DNA of 64,000 nt from Prosthecobacter sp. (GTDB taxonomy: Bacteria > Verrucomicrobiota > Verrucomicrobiia > Verrucomicrobiales > Verrucomicrobiaceae), in NCBI RefSeq assembly GCF_046154365.1, contig NZ_JBJXFV010000065.1:2006-66005 (forward strand), read 5' to 3'. This document shows, one piece after another, positions 34,506 through 43,410 of the stretch (positions are counted from its first letter, which is position 1; the number at the start of each line of letters is the position of its first letter). Made by a program: the position numbers and the translations under genes. The notes under the pieces are model-generated. The model did no database searches, was not told the origin of the DNA, and saw nothing but the letters and a program-made list of their open reading frames with translations.

Positions 34506-36155
34506 ATGCCCGCCGACCACTTTCAGCCCGAAAAACTCATCGCCGCCGGACCTTCGGCGAAGGTGTATCGCGGCATGGAACCAGCCACTGGGCGCAAGGT
34601 GCTGATCAAAGCGCTGCTGCACGATCATGAGACCGCGCAGCCGCTGGATCGCGAGCAGTTGCAACTGCTCGCCCCATCGCTCATGCAGCTGCGCCATCCG
34701 CAGATCGCGGGACTCATCACCCTGCTGCCCACGGAGGATGAGTTTGCGCTCATCTATGAATTCATGCCGGGATTGAACGCGCGCGCCTTTGCAGCGGAGC
34801 GCAAACCGACGCCGACCGATCTCCGTGCGCTCGCGGTGCAGCTCATGCATGCGCTGCTGGTGGGCGAGCATCTGCGCCAGCCGCATGGCGATCTGAAACC
34901 GAGCAACCTCATCATCGCCGACCACCCTGGCGGCGGCTTGTTCCTCCAGGTGCAGGACTGGGGCCAGTCGCTGGCACGCAGGGAGCATCCGCCGGAGACG
35001 CTATGGTTTCGCGCACCCGAACTCCACGCGGGCGGCACACCGACGACGCAAAGCGATCTGTTCACCGCCGCCGCGAGCCTGTTCTGCATCGCCACCAACA
35101 CCGCACCTGCCCAAGGTGACACCGTGGAGCAGGTCATGACAGACTGGCGGGCATTCAACGCCGGACAGGTGCTCAGCCACATGCGTCCTGATTTGGACCA
35201 GCCGTTGCGCGACTGGCTGGGCTGGCTGCTCAATCTCGCCCCACAACAGCGTCCACACTCAGTGGCGCAGGCACTGGATGCCTTGATGCTCAGCATGCAG
35301 ACCGGCTTCACCTACATGCAGCAGCAGGCACCGGCCATGGCGCCCGGTACGATGACCGGACCATTGGTCTCGGCTGTGCATCCCAATACGCCCAAGCCGA
35401 AACCGATTGTGCCCAAGTCATCGCCCGCAGCAGCCGCACAGCCAGAAGCGGCGGCGAAACAAGGTTCCGGCAGCCGTTTCTTGATCGCCGTGGTGCTCAA
35501 TCTCGCCGCCTTCGTGCTGAGCGGCATTTTCCTCTGGCCGTTCATTCGTGAAGCGATCTCTGATTGGAAATTCACCACCACTGCAAGCAGCACGGTCAAA
35601 GCCGCCGCCATGGCTCCGCCATCCGCACCGGACCACGCTGGCAAACCAACGCCCACGGTTACGCAAGCCAAGTCTGCTGTGACCACCAGCGTCGCGAAAC
35701 CGCCGGTGGCTCCCGCTGCGAGCGGTCCCGGCTTGAACGGGCGTTTTGTGCGCATCGAGATCCCCGTCAGCCGCGGTATTCTCAACCTCGCTGAAGTGCA
35801 GGTCTTCAGCGGTGGCGAGAATCTCTCTCTCAAAGGCACCGCCACGCAGAGCAGCGTCAGTGGCGAAGGAAGGCCCGAACTAGCCATCGACGGCAACACG
35901 GATGGCGACAAGACCAAGAACAAAAGCGTCATGCACACCAATGGCAACGCACGCGGCGCGCCGTGGTGGGAGGTCGATCTCGGTCGCGATGCGCCGGTGC
36001 AGACCATCGTCATCTGGAATCGCACTGACGCGGAATACGGTGACCGCACCGTGAACCTCACAGTGCAGGTGCTCGACGCGGAAAAGCAGGTTGTTTGGCA
36101 GAAAAAGGGCCTCCCAAAGCCCGACCCGTCGCTCGAACTCGCTGTCGGCCAATGA
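34506..36155 (+). CDS. receptor-like atypical Ser/Thr kinase with an F5/8-type-C / F-type-lectin-like ectodomain (paralog B)
   Basis: Lies inside ORF 34476..36155(+), with the start at ATG 34506 (MPADHFQPEKL). Kinase landmarks are AGPSAKVYRG, VLIKAL, HGDLKPSNLII, QDWG and RAPELH. The TM helix is FLIAVVLNLAAFVLSGIFLW. The lectin-like region is FVRIEI..LNLAEVQVF..GTATQSS..AIDGNTDG..HT..APWWEVDL..IVIWNRTDAEYGDR. Confidence 0.75.
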   Translation: MPADHFQPEKLIAAGPSAKVYRGMEPATGRKVLIKALLHDHETAQPLDREQLQLLAPSLMQLRHPQIAGLITLLPTEDEFALIYEFMPGLNARAFAAERKPTPTDLRALAVQLMHALLVGEHLRQPHGDLKPSNLIIADHPGGGLFLQVQDWGQSLARREHPPETLWFRAPELHAGGTPTTQSDLFTAAASLFCIATNTAPAQGDTVEQVMTDWRAFNAGQVLSHMRPDLDQPLRDWLGWLLNLAPQQRPHSVAQALDALMLSMQTGFTYMQQQAPAMAPGTMTGPLVSAVHPNTPKPKPIVPKSSPAAAAQPEAAAKQGSGSRFLIAVVLNLAAFVLSGIFLWPFIREAISDWKFTTTASSTVKAAAMAPPSAPDHAGKPTPTVTQAKSAVTTSVAKPPVAPAASGPGLNGRFVRIEIPVSRGILNLAEVQVFSGGENLSLKGTATQSSVSGEGRPELAIDGNTDGDKTKNKSVMHTNGNARGAPWWEVDLGRDAPVQTIVIWNRTDAEYGDRTVNLTVQVLDAEKQVVWQKKGLPKPDPSLELAVGQ

Positions 36156-36176
36156 AGCGGCCCAACAGCATTTTCC

Positions 36177-39155
36177 ATGCGGCGGGCACTGATTTCGCAT
36201 GTGAGTCCGGCGTATGAATCTCCAATCGTGAAAAGCTCCCCAGCCCTTCTTTTGTTCCTGCTCGCGTCGCCCGCCGCCGCTATCGACTTCGTTCGGGACA
36301 TCCAACCGATCTTCAGTGAGCACTGCTACCAGTGCCACGGCCCGCACAAGCAGGAAGCCGCGTTCCGTCTCGATCACAAGCCCAGCACTCTTAAAGGCGG
36401 CGACTTCGGCATCGCCATCGTTCCCGGCAAGGCCGAGGAGAGCCGCCTCATGCACGCCGTGCTTGGCACGAATCCAAAAATTCGCATGCCACGCAAAGGC
36501 GGTCCGCTCACCGCCGATCAAATCGCGAAGCTCAAAATCTGGATCGATACCGGAGCCATTTGGCCGGACAGCGCGAGCGTGAAGCTCGAGCAAAAAACTG
36601 ATCATTGGGCTTTCAAGCCGCCCGTGAAGCCGAAAGTGCCCGCGAATGCCAAGCATCCCATTGATGCGTTCATCCGTGAGCGCCTCGAAAAAGAAGGCCT
36701 CCAACCTTCACCAAGAGCCGCGCCGGAAACCCTGCGTCGTCGCTTGCACCTTGATCTCGTGGGCCTGCCGCCGGATCCGTCCGACCTGTCAGACCCGTCA
36801 GACTTGTCCGACAAACTTCTGCAGTCCCCCCACTTCGGCGAACGCTGGGCACGTCACTGGCTCGACGCCGCACATTATGCCGACAGCAACGGCTATGAGA
36901 AAGACCCCATGCGCTTCATCTGGTTCTATCGTGACTGGGTCATCAGCGCCTTCAACCGCGACCTGCCCTACGACCAGTTCATCATCCAGCAGCTTGCCGG
37001 CGATCAGCTTCCCAAGCCCACGCAGGATCAAATCGTCGCCACCGGCTTTCTGCGCAACACCATGGTCAACGAAGAAGGCGGCGTCGATCCCGAGCAGTTC
37101 CGCATGGAGGCCATGTTCGACCGCATGGACACCATCGGCAAAAGCATCCTCGGCCTCACCATCGGCTGCACGCAGTGCCACAACCACAAGTACGATCCCA
37201 TCACGCAGGAGGAGTACTACCGCATGTTCGCCTTCCTCAACAACGACAACGAGCCATGGCGCGTCGTGTACACCGCCAGCGAGCAGATGCAGCGCTCCAC
37301 ATTGCTTGCTCGCATCGCCGAACTCGAAGCCAAGCTCAAACACGATCATCCCGACTGGCAGCAGCGCATGAACGCCTGGTCCACCGGCATCAAGACCGCG
37401 CAGCCGAAATGGCGCACGCTCAGTTTTGAAGACGATCCCTCCGGCGGCGAAAAAGCACTGCGTCAGGCGGATGGCAGCATCCTTGCACAAGGCTACGCGC
37501 CGACGAAATCCGAGGTGAAGTTCGTGGTGAAGCTCGAAACGCCCGTCACTATCAGCGCTTTCCGGCTCGAACTCATGAACGACCCCAATCTGCCCGCCTA
37601 CGGCCCCGGACGTTCGCAGAAAGGCACCGCCGCCCTCACCGAGTTCAACGTGGAGATGAAGATCGACGGCAAGATGACGAAGCTGAAGTTTGTCAAAGCC
37701 AGCGCCGACTTTGGCGAGCCGGAGAACACGCCGCTCGCGCCGTTTGCCCGCGATCAAGACGCCGCGAAAGACAAACGTGTCACCGGACCAGTGAGCTACG
37801 CCATCGACGGCAACGACAAAACCGCCTGGGGCATCAATGCCGGTCCCGGCCGCCGCAACGTGCCGCGCAACGCCGTCTTCGTGCTCGAAAAACCCGTCGA
37901 GGTGAAACCTGACGTCGAACTCACCGTCGGCCTCAGCATGAAACACGGCGGCTGGAACAGTGATGACCTGCAAACCATGAATCTCGGCCGCTATCGCATC
38001 AGCAGCACCGAAGCGCCCAATGCGGAGGCCGATCCACTGTATGGCAAGAAGTCCGAGTTCACCGCCTTCCGCACCACCGTCCCCGAGTGGAAATCCATCA
38101 ATGACGAAATCGAAGCCGCATGGCAGCAGCACCCTGAAGGCACCACCACGCTCGTGCTCGATGCACGCGACCAGCCGCGCATGACCGCGCTGCTAAAACG
38201 CGGTGACTTTACCAAACCCGGCGGTTCAGTCACCGCTGGCGTGCCCGCCATCCTCAATCCACTCCCGCAGAACGCGGATGGCAGCCGTTTGACCTTCGCG
38301 AAGTGGCTGGTGAGCAAACAATCGCCCACCACGGCCCGTGCTTTCGTCAATCGAGTGTGGCAGACCGTTTTCGGCACCGGTTTGGTCGAAACCGCCGAAG
38401 ACTTCGGCACGCAGGGCAGCCCCCCGAGTCATCCTGAACTGCTCGACTGGCTCGCCGCCGACTTCATGGAGCACAACTGGAGCACCAAGCATCTGCTGAA
38501 GCTGATCATCACCAGCGAAACCTATCAGCAGTCCAGCAACGTCACGCCGCAACTCCTCGAACGCGATCCCTACAACCGCCTCCTCGCTCGCGGACCGCGA
38601 TTCCGCGTCGAGGGTGAAGTCGTGCGCGACATCCAACTCGCCGCCAGCGGCCTGCTCAATTCCGAAGTCGGCGGACGTCCTGTCATGCCGCCAGCACCCG
38701 CGCATCTCTTCGAAAAACCCGCCAGCTACGCGCCCTTCCCGTGGAAAGTCGAGGACGGTGCTGAGAAGTATCGCCGCAGCGTTTATGTCTTCCGCCGCCG
38801 CAGCACGCCGTATCCGTTTTTGAGCACCTTCGACGTGCCCAACGGCGAATCCTCCTGCATTCGTCGCTCCAAGAGCAACACACCATTGCAGGCGCTCATG
38901 ACGCTCAATGAAACCATGAGCATGGAGACCGCCAAGGCCCTCGGTGAACGCATGTGGCTGGAAGGTGGCGCTAATGATGCCTCTCGCATCGCCCACGGCT
39001 TCAAACTCTGCACCGGTCGTGCTCCGAGCACCAAAGAAGCCGCCGTCCTCCTTGCGATGCTGAAACGCCACCAGTCCCAGCCCGGCGAGATTGACCCACA
39101 CACCCTCGTCGCCCGCGTCCTGCTTAATCTCGACGAGACGATCACGAAGGAGTGA
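36177..39155 (+). CDS. PSCyt1 (CxxCH) - DUF1549 - DUF1553 giant secreted protein
   Basis: ORF of 992 aa. In-frame GTG 36228 would give a cleaner signal peptide (VKSSPALLLFLLASPAAA). Motifs are CYQCHG, RRRLHLDLVGLPPDPSD, FGERWARHWLDAAHYADSNG and CTQCHNHKYDPITQEEYY, plus an internal discoidin-like region with AIDGNDKTAWG. Confidence 0.9.
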   Translation: MRRALISHVSPAYESPIVKSSPALLLFLLASPAAAIDFVRDIQPIFSEHCYQCHGPHKQEAAFRLDHKPSTLKGGDFGIAIVPGKAEESRLMHAVLGTNPKIRMPRKGGPLTADQIAKLKIWIDTGAIWPDSASVKLEQKTDHWAFKPPVKPKVPANAKHPIDAFIRERLEKEGLQPSPRAAPETLRRRLHLDLVGLPPDPSDLSDPSDLSDKLLQSPHFGERWARHWLDAAHYADSNGYEKDPMRFIWFYRDWVISAFNRDLPYDQFIIQQLAGDQLPKPTQDQIVATGFLRNTMVNEEGGVDPEQFRMEAMFDRMDTIGKSILGLTIGCTQCHNHKYDPITQEEYYRMFAFLNNDNEPWRVVYTASEQMQRSTLLARIAELEAKLKHDHPDWQQRMNAWSTGIKTAQPKWRTLSFEDDPSGGEKALRQADGSILAQGYAPTKSEVKFVVKLETPVTISAFRLELMNDPNLPAYGPGRSQKGTAALTEFNVEMKIDGKMTKLKFVKASADFGEPENTPLAPFARDQDAAKDKRVTGPVSYAIDGNDKTAWGINAGPGRRNVPRNAVFVLEKPVEVKPDVELTVGLSMKHGGWNSDDLQTMNLGRYRISSTEAPNAEADPLYGKKSEFTAFRTTVPEWKSINDEIEAAWQQHPEGTTTLVLDARDQPRMTALLKRGDFTKPGGSVTAGVPAILNPLPQNADGSRLTFAKWLVSKQSPTTARAFVNRVWQTVFGTGLVETAEDFGTQGSPPSHPELLDWLAADFMEHNWSTKHLLKLIITSETYQQSSNVTPQLLERDPYNRLLARGPRFRVEGEVVRDIQLAASGLLNSEVGGRPVMPPAPAHLFEKPASYAPFPWKVEDGAEKYRRSVYVFRRRSTPYPFLSTFDVPNGESSCIRRSKSNTPLQALMTLNETMSMETAKALGERMWLEGGANDASRIAHGFKLCTGRAPSTKEAAVLLAMLKRHQSQPGEIDPHTLVARVLLNLDETITKE

Positions 39156-39318
39156 CCCAGTGGGATGGGTGTGGCGACAGCCCGCCCGTCCATCTGGCGC
39201 ACACGCAAGGTCCACCACCCCAAACAGTCGGGCGGTGCTGCGATGTTGATTCTGATCGCATGCGGGAGACGATTGCGGAGTTGCTTCGGGCAAAGTGACT
39301 TGGTAACGATGGCACCTT

Positions 39319-39777
39319 ATGATTCTCGACACCCTCGACCACGCCGCCCGCTATGAATCGCTGAATTCGCGCTTTGCGAAGGCTTTCGCTTTCCTCCGCA
39401 CGGTGGATGGCACGCAAGCGCTCGGACGGCATGATCTTGATGGCGACCACTGCTTCGCGTTGGTGCAGACGTATGAGACGAAGCCGATAGAGAAGGCCAA
39501 ATTTGAGGCGCATCGCAAATACATCGACGTGCAGTTCATTTACAGCGGGCGTGAGACGATCCTGTGGGCACCGCTGACGGCGATGCGGGAGGAGACGATG
39601 GCCTACACCGAAGAAAAAGAGGCGGCGCTGTGGAAGTTGGTGGCTGATATGACGCCGTTGCACATGAGCGCCGGTCAATTCGCAATTCTGGCTCCCCAAG
39701 ACGCCCACGCGCCGTGCGTGGAATGGGATAAGCCGGAACAGGTGTTCAAGGTGGTGGTGAAGGTGGCGGTGGAGTAA
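39319..39777 (+). CDS. YhcH/YjgK/YiaL (DUF386, EbgC-like) family protein
   Basis: ORF of 152 aa. MILDTLDHAARY, GRHDLDGDHCFALVQTYETK and FEAHRKYIDVQFIYSGRE match the family pattern. Confidence 0.8.
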   Translation: MILDTLDHAARYESLNSRFAKAFAFLRTVDGTQALGRHDLDGDHCFALVQTYETKPIEKAKFEAHRKYIDVQFIYSGRETILWAPLTAMREETMAYTEEKEAALWKLVADMTPLHMSAGQFAILAPQDAHAPCVEWDKPEQVFKVVVKVAVE

Positions 39778-39780
39778 GTT

Positions 39781-41052
39781 TCAGCCCCACAGGCTCTGCA
39801 ACACTTCGGCTTCCTTCAAGCCGAGCGGGAATTTCTTGCTGAACGGATGATCGACGATGCCCGCGAACTGACGCAGCGCGTGATAGATGTGTTCGGGGCG
39901 GACGCGGACGCCTTTGGCTTTGTCGGTGGCGAGTGTGTGCGGATTGAGCGGCACATGGAGCTGACCGTCGTCGGTGGCACCAAGGACGCGGTTGCCTTTG
40001 ATGCCGGGGCCAATGAACATGATGGAGCCGACGGACCAGTGGTCTTTGCCATTGCCTTTGTTGTAGTCCGGCGTGCGGCCCATTTCGCTTTGAATGATGA
40101 CGACGAGCTTGTCGCGGATCTTGAGTTCCTCCGCGCGGCGGATGAAATAGGCGATGCCAGCGAGGAACTCGGGGATGAGCTTCATTTGATCGACATCGTT
40201 GTTCGCGTGGCTGTCGAACTGGCCAATGCTGAGATTTGCGGAGACACAGACGCCCGCCTTGAAGGAAGCGAGTGCGATCTCGGCCTGTTGTGAGAGACGT
40301 TCCTTCGGGATGCTCTTCGGAATGAACGGCGTGACACGTTGCAGGGCCTTGGAGTTCACCTGCGCGGCATAGAGCATGCTTTGCGCACGTTCCTGACGCG
40401 GGAGACGGATTTGAGAAGTACGGGCGGCATTTTGCTCCTCCAGCGCCCGCTCGATGCGGTCGAGAGCGAAGTCGTCGTGGTAGGGTGAACGCGGATTGCC
40501 TTCAACGAAGTCAGCGTTGGCGATGCGCTGGAGCGATTGCGGATACGGCACACGCGACATGGCGACGACGTTGCCAGTGTTAGAGTAATTGCCGAAGGTG
40601 AGGAACGAGATCGGGCACGTCGGGCCTTTGCACGCGGCGACGAGGGCGGCGAAGGTCGGGTAGGCGAGGCTGTCGAGCTTGCCGGTGGCCATGTAGCGTG
40701 CGCCGGGCGAGTGATTATTCACCGAGTAGTCGAGGCCATTGAGCGTGAGCAGCTCGCTGCCGAACTCCTTATAGAAGTCCTCGTTGCTCATGCCGGCCTG
40801 GATGTGTTTCGCGTTGGGCGCGAACTTGTGCGTGCCGTGCGTGAGGATGTCGCCCTCTTTGTAGAGGCGGTTGATTTCGTTGATACCCTTCGGGTCCATC
40901 AGGTAGGTGGTGTCCCAGCCGCCGGAGGCATTGAACACGACGTAATATGGCCCCTCGTAAGCCGGGTTTTCCTTTGACGCAGCGCATAGGGCACGCGGAA
41001 TCGAAAGACCGAGTCCGGCGAGCGTGCAGCATTTGATGAAGTCGCGTCTCAT
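39781..41052 (-). CDS. divergent DUF1501-like protein (Tat signal, sulfatase fold)
   Basis: ORF of 423 aa. It has MRRDFIKCCTLAGLGL. NASGGWDTTYLMDPKG replaces the canonical GG.SH.DTFD.KP. The C-terminal SEMGRTPDYNKGNGKDHW matches the DUF1501 motif sEFGRtP...GrDHw. Confidence 0.75.
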   Translation of the reverse strand: MRRDFIKCCTLAGLGLSIPRALCAASKENPAYEGPYYVVFNASGGWDTTYLMDPKGINEINRLYKEGDILTHGTHKFAPNAKHIQAGMSNEDFYKEFGSELLTLNGLDYSVNNHSPGARYMATGKLDSLAYPTFAALVAACKGPTCPISFLTFGNYSNTGNVVAMSRVPYPQSLQRIANADFVEGNPRSPYHDDFALDRIERALEEQNAARTSQIRLPRQERAQSMLYAAQVNSKALQRVTPFIPKSIPKERLSQQAEIALASFKAGVCVSANLSIGQFDSHANNDVDQMKLIPEFLAGIAYFIRRAEELKIRDKLVVIIQSEMGRTPDYNKGNGKDHWSVGSIMFIGPGIKGNRVLGATDDGQLHVPLNPHTLATDKAKGVRVRPEHIYHALRQFAGIVDHPFSKKFPLGLKEAEVLQSLWG

Positions 41053-41058
41053 GATGGT

Positions 41059-43326
41059 TTACTCGTAGAGGAAGTCGTGCTGGCGGAGGAGGTAGGTCAC
41101 CACGCCACGCCAGGCACGCACGGTGTAATGCGGATCGGGGGAGGGTTTTTGATCAGGTGCCGGACGGCAGTAATAGCTCTCTTGTTTCTCCACGCCCTTG
41201 CGTTCATGCGCATCAGCGAGGATGTCCGAGAAGAGCTGGAAGGTGCGTTCGACCTCCGCTGCCTCGACGCGTCCAAGAATGCGCTGATGCAGATGCTCGA
41301 TGGCTTTGCGGAGTTGCGCGTTCTTCTCGGTGGTTCCGGGCTGCACATCAGGCTCGATATGTGGAAACAGCACGCGTTCTGCGGCTGGTCGGCTGAAATC
41401 GAGCGCGGTTGCCTTGCAGGCGACATCGTTGGACAAAAGACGCTGGATCGCACCCATCGCACCGCTGGGATCGAGAGCGCGTTCGGTGACTTCCTTGGAA
41501 TCGATGCCGCCGTAAAGCATTCCGAGCCCGCCATCGTTGCTATGCAGGCGGCCCCAGCCTTTGCCGAAGATCGCCGCAAGTTTTCGCTCAACTTGCTCGG
41601 GTGCGAGCATTCGCACGATGCCGAGGTCGTCGAGTTCGGCCTCTCGCTCTGGATTGATCGCGACAGTGGTGAGTCCGTCGGCGCGATAGAAGTCGGAGGT
41701 GACCCAGTCTTTGAACACATGCTTCAAATTGAAGCCGCTTTTGGCAAATTTTGCCGCGACGGTCTCGATGAGTGCGCGCTGCTCCTGCTGCGCGCGGTGC
41801 CGGGCCGTGAAAAGCGGATCATCGAGATCTTTTGGCGACAGCAGCACTTTGCGGCCGGTGAGGATGTAATAAACATGCTCGACCATCGCGACGGCGAAGC
41901 GCGGATCTTTCGCCGTTCGCTCACCGAGCCATTGCAGCGAGCGCCAGCGCTCGGCGGGGGCCAAGTCTTCACCTTCATAGCCAGGACCGAACATGTCAGT
42001 AAACCAGCCTTCCTTGCGCTTGCCATACACGCCTTGCTCCGCGAAGCGCCAGTAGTCCTGAAACAGTCCAGCAACAGGATCGAGCGTTTTGTGGCACACG
42101 ACGCACTCGGCGGCCTCCATGGTCGGCACTTTGTATTTCGCGGTCGCTGCTGCCGCATCCGACACACGCGCGGCGAGTTCCAGCACATCCACACCGAGAA
42201 AGTGTTGGTAATACATGCGCGCCCGCAGCCGGTTGCGGTTCGTCTCCGTCGTCGGATAGCGGCACAGGTACTGGAAGGTGCTGAGCAAGCCTGCGTGCGG
42301 ATAGAAACCCGTCGCCGACTCCTGATCCTGCTGTTTGCTGCGGCCCTTCAAGGCCTTGAGCTTCACCGGCACATACTCAAAGGGATCGTCCACGTTTTTG
42401 AACTGCGCTTTGATCTCCACAAAGACACCGTAGCCGCGTGCGGAATAGGGCGTGACCATGATGTAGTCCGCCGTGACGATCTCGGTGAAGGGCTTGTCGT
42501 TGCGCACGATGTGCTCAATGAGCCGCATGGGTTCGCCGTGGATGGCTTCGCGATACTGGTTGGCGAGCTTGTAACCGGCCAGCCTGCGTTCCTTCTCGTC
42601 TTTGATGTGGCTGAGGTCGTGCTTCTGATACCACAGCCGCGTGTTCTGGAAGTGATCATACGACAAGAACGTCTCCGCATTGCCATCAGCGCCGACGGTG
42701 AGGAAGATGTCGTTAAACCCCTCACGCAGTCGGTCGTAGAAGGCGTCTTCCTTCATCAACGCATCGAGCACTTTCGACAAAGCATTCGGCTTGCCGAGAG
42801 ATTTCAGTTCCGCATCACTCGGCAGGCGACCTGCGAGCGACAAGGCCACGCGCCGCAGCAGGCGCTGATCATCGAGCATCGAAACGCCATCGAAGAACGG
42901 TGGTGCGTTCTTGGCGGCAGCCGCAGGTGGTGACTGCGGGCTGTCGAGCCGGCGCACGAAGTCGGACAGGATGCGATAGCCGGTGGAATCAGGTTTAAGC
43001 ACCTCCTCGCCCTCATGATCGAGCTTGCCCGTGGCTTTGAGCAGCAGACGCGATTGATCGTCCTTCAGCGATTTCGCCATGCGCGTGAAGGCTGCGTGAT
43101 TGTGAATCTGTGACACATGACGGCCTGGAGTTTGATCACGCGCCGGGTCCTGGAGCACAAAATTGCTGTCCTCCGCATCACCGCCGTTCTTGTGGCACTT
43201 CAAACACGAGTGCGCGCCGACTTTGGGCCAGACTTCCTCGGTGAAATACGAGTCAGCGCCTGCTGCATGGATCGTGACCGTGATCAGCAGGGTCAGTGCT
43301 GGCAGGAGGCTGGTGGGTCGTTTCAT
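41059..43326 (-). CDS. secreted di-CxxCH protein with a hybrid architecture (PSCyt-like N-terminus, DUF1549-like segment, DUF1588/DUF1585-like CxxCH..DP motif)
   Basis: Lies inside ORF 41059..43461(-), with the start at ATG 43326 (MKRPTSLLPALTLLITVTIHA). Landmarks are CLKCH, LLRRVALSLAGRLPSDAELKSL and CVVCHKTLDPVAGLFQDYW (compare CAGCHKKLDPPGFVLENYD in 55387..58077). It lies 6 bp upstream of the DUF1501-like gene. Confidence 0.65.
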   Translation of the reverse strand: MKRPTSLLPALTLLITVTIHAAGADSYFTEEVWPKVGAHSCLKCHKNGGDAEDSNFVLQDPARDQTPGRHVSQIHNHAAFTRMAKSLKDDQSRLLLKATGKLDHEGEEVLKPDSTGYRILSDFVRRLDSPQSPPAAAAKNAPPFFDGVSMLDDQRLLRRVALSLAGRLPSDAELKSLGKPNALSKVLDALMKEDAFYDRLREGFNDIFLTVGADGNAETFLSYDHFQNTRLWYQKHDLSHIKDEKERRLAGYKLANQYREAIHGEPMRLIEHIVRNDKPFTEIVTADYIMVTPYSARGYGVFVEIKAQFKNVDDPFEYVPVKLKALKGRSKQQDQESATGFYPHAGLLSTFQYLCRYPTTETNRNRLRARMYYQHFLGVDVLELAARVSDAAAATAKYKVPTMEAAECVVCHKTLDPVAGLFQDYWRFAEQGVYGKRKEGWFTDMFGPGYEGEDLAPAERWRSLQWLGERTAKDPRFAVAMVEHVYYILTGRKVLLSPKDLDDPLFTARHRAQQEQRALIETVAAKFAKSGFNLKHVFKDWVTSDFYRADGLTTVAINPEREAELDDLGIVRMLAPEQVERKLAAIFGKGWGRLHSNDGGLGMLYGGIDSKEVTERALDPSGAMGAIQRLLSNDVACKATALDFSRPAAERVLFPHIEPDVQPGTTEKNAQLRKAIEHLHQRILGRVEAAEVERTFQLFSDILADAHERKGVEKQESYYCRPAPDQKPSPDPHYTVRAWRGVVTYLLRQHDFLYE

Positions 43327-43410
43327 CGGGCAGTGATTCAAACGTGAACGACTGGAGTTACTTTCCTCGGCAACAGGCCGCCGCTTCATCCCGTAGGTTT
43401 GTGCCCCCTG

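Noticed and set aside
32847-36155. Idea that the lectin-like C-termini are targets of a diversity-generating retroelement
   Set aside because: The window contains no reverse transcriptase, no template repeat and no adenine-specific mismatch pattern. The differences between the paralogs are spread over the whole domain.
34176-36704. Minus-strand ORFs 34176..34988, 35312..36301 and 35880..36704
   Set aside because: They lie antisense to kinase paralog B and the DUF1553 gene. Two of them mirror each other only because the plus-strand genes are paralogs.
36777-36812. 18-bp tandem duplication encoding PSDLSD-PSDLSD
   Set aside because: It is a small in-frame low-complexity duplication in a linker of the DUF1553 protein and is not remarkable on its own.
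36798-39332. Minus-strand ORFs 36798..38132 and 38226..39332
   Set aside because: They lie antisense to the 36177..39155 DUF1553 gene and have no motifs.
41077-42933. 618-codon plus-strand ORF
   Set aside because: It lies antisense to the minus-strand di-CxxCH protein, which has a signal peptide and conserved motifs.
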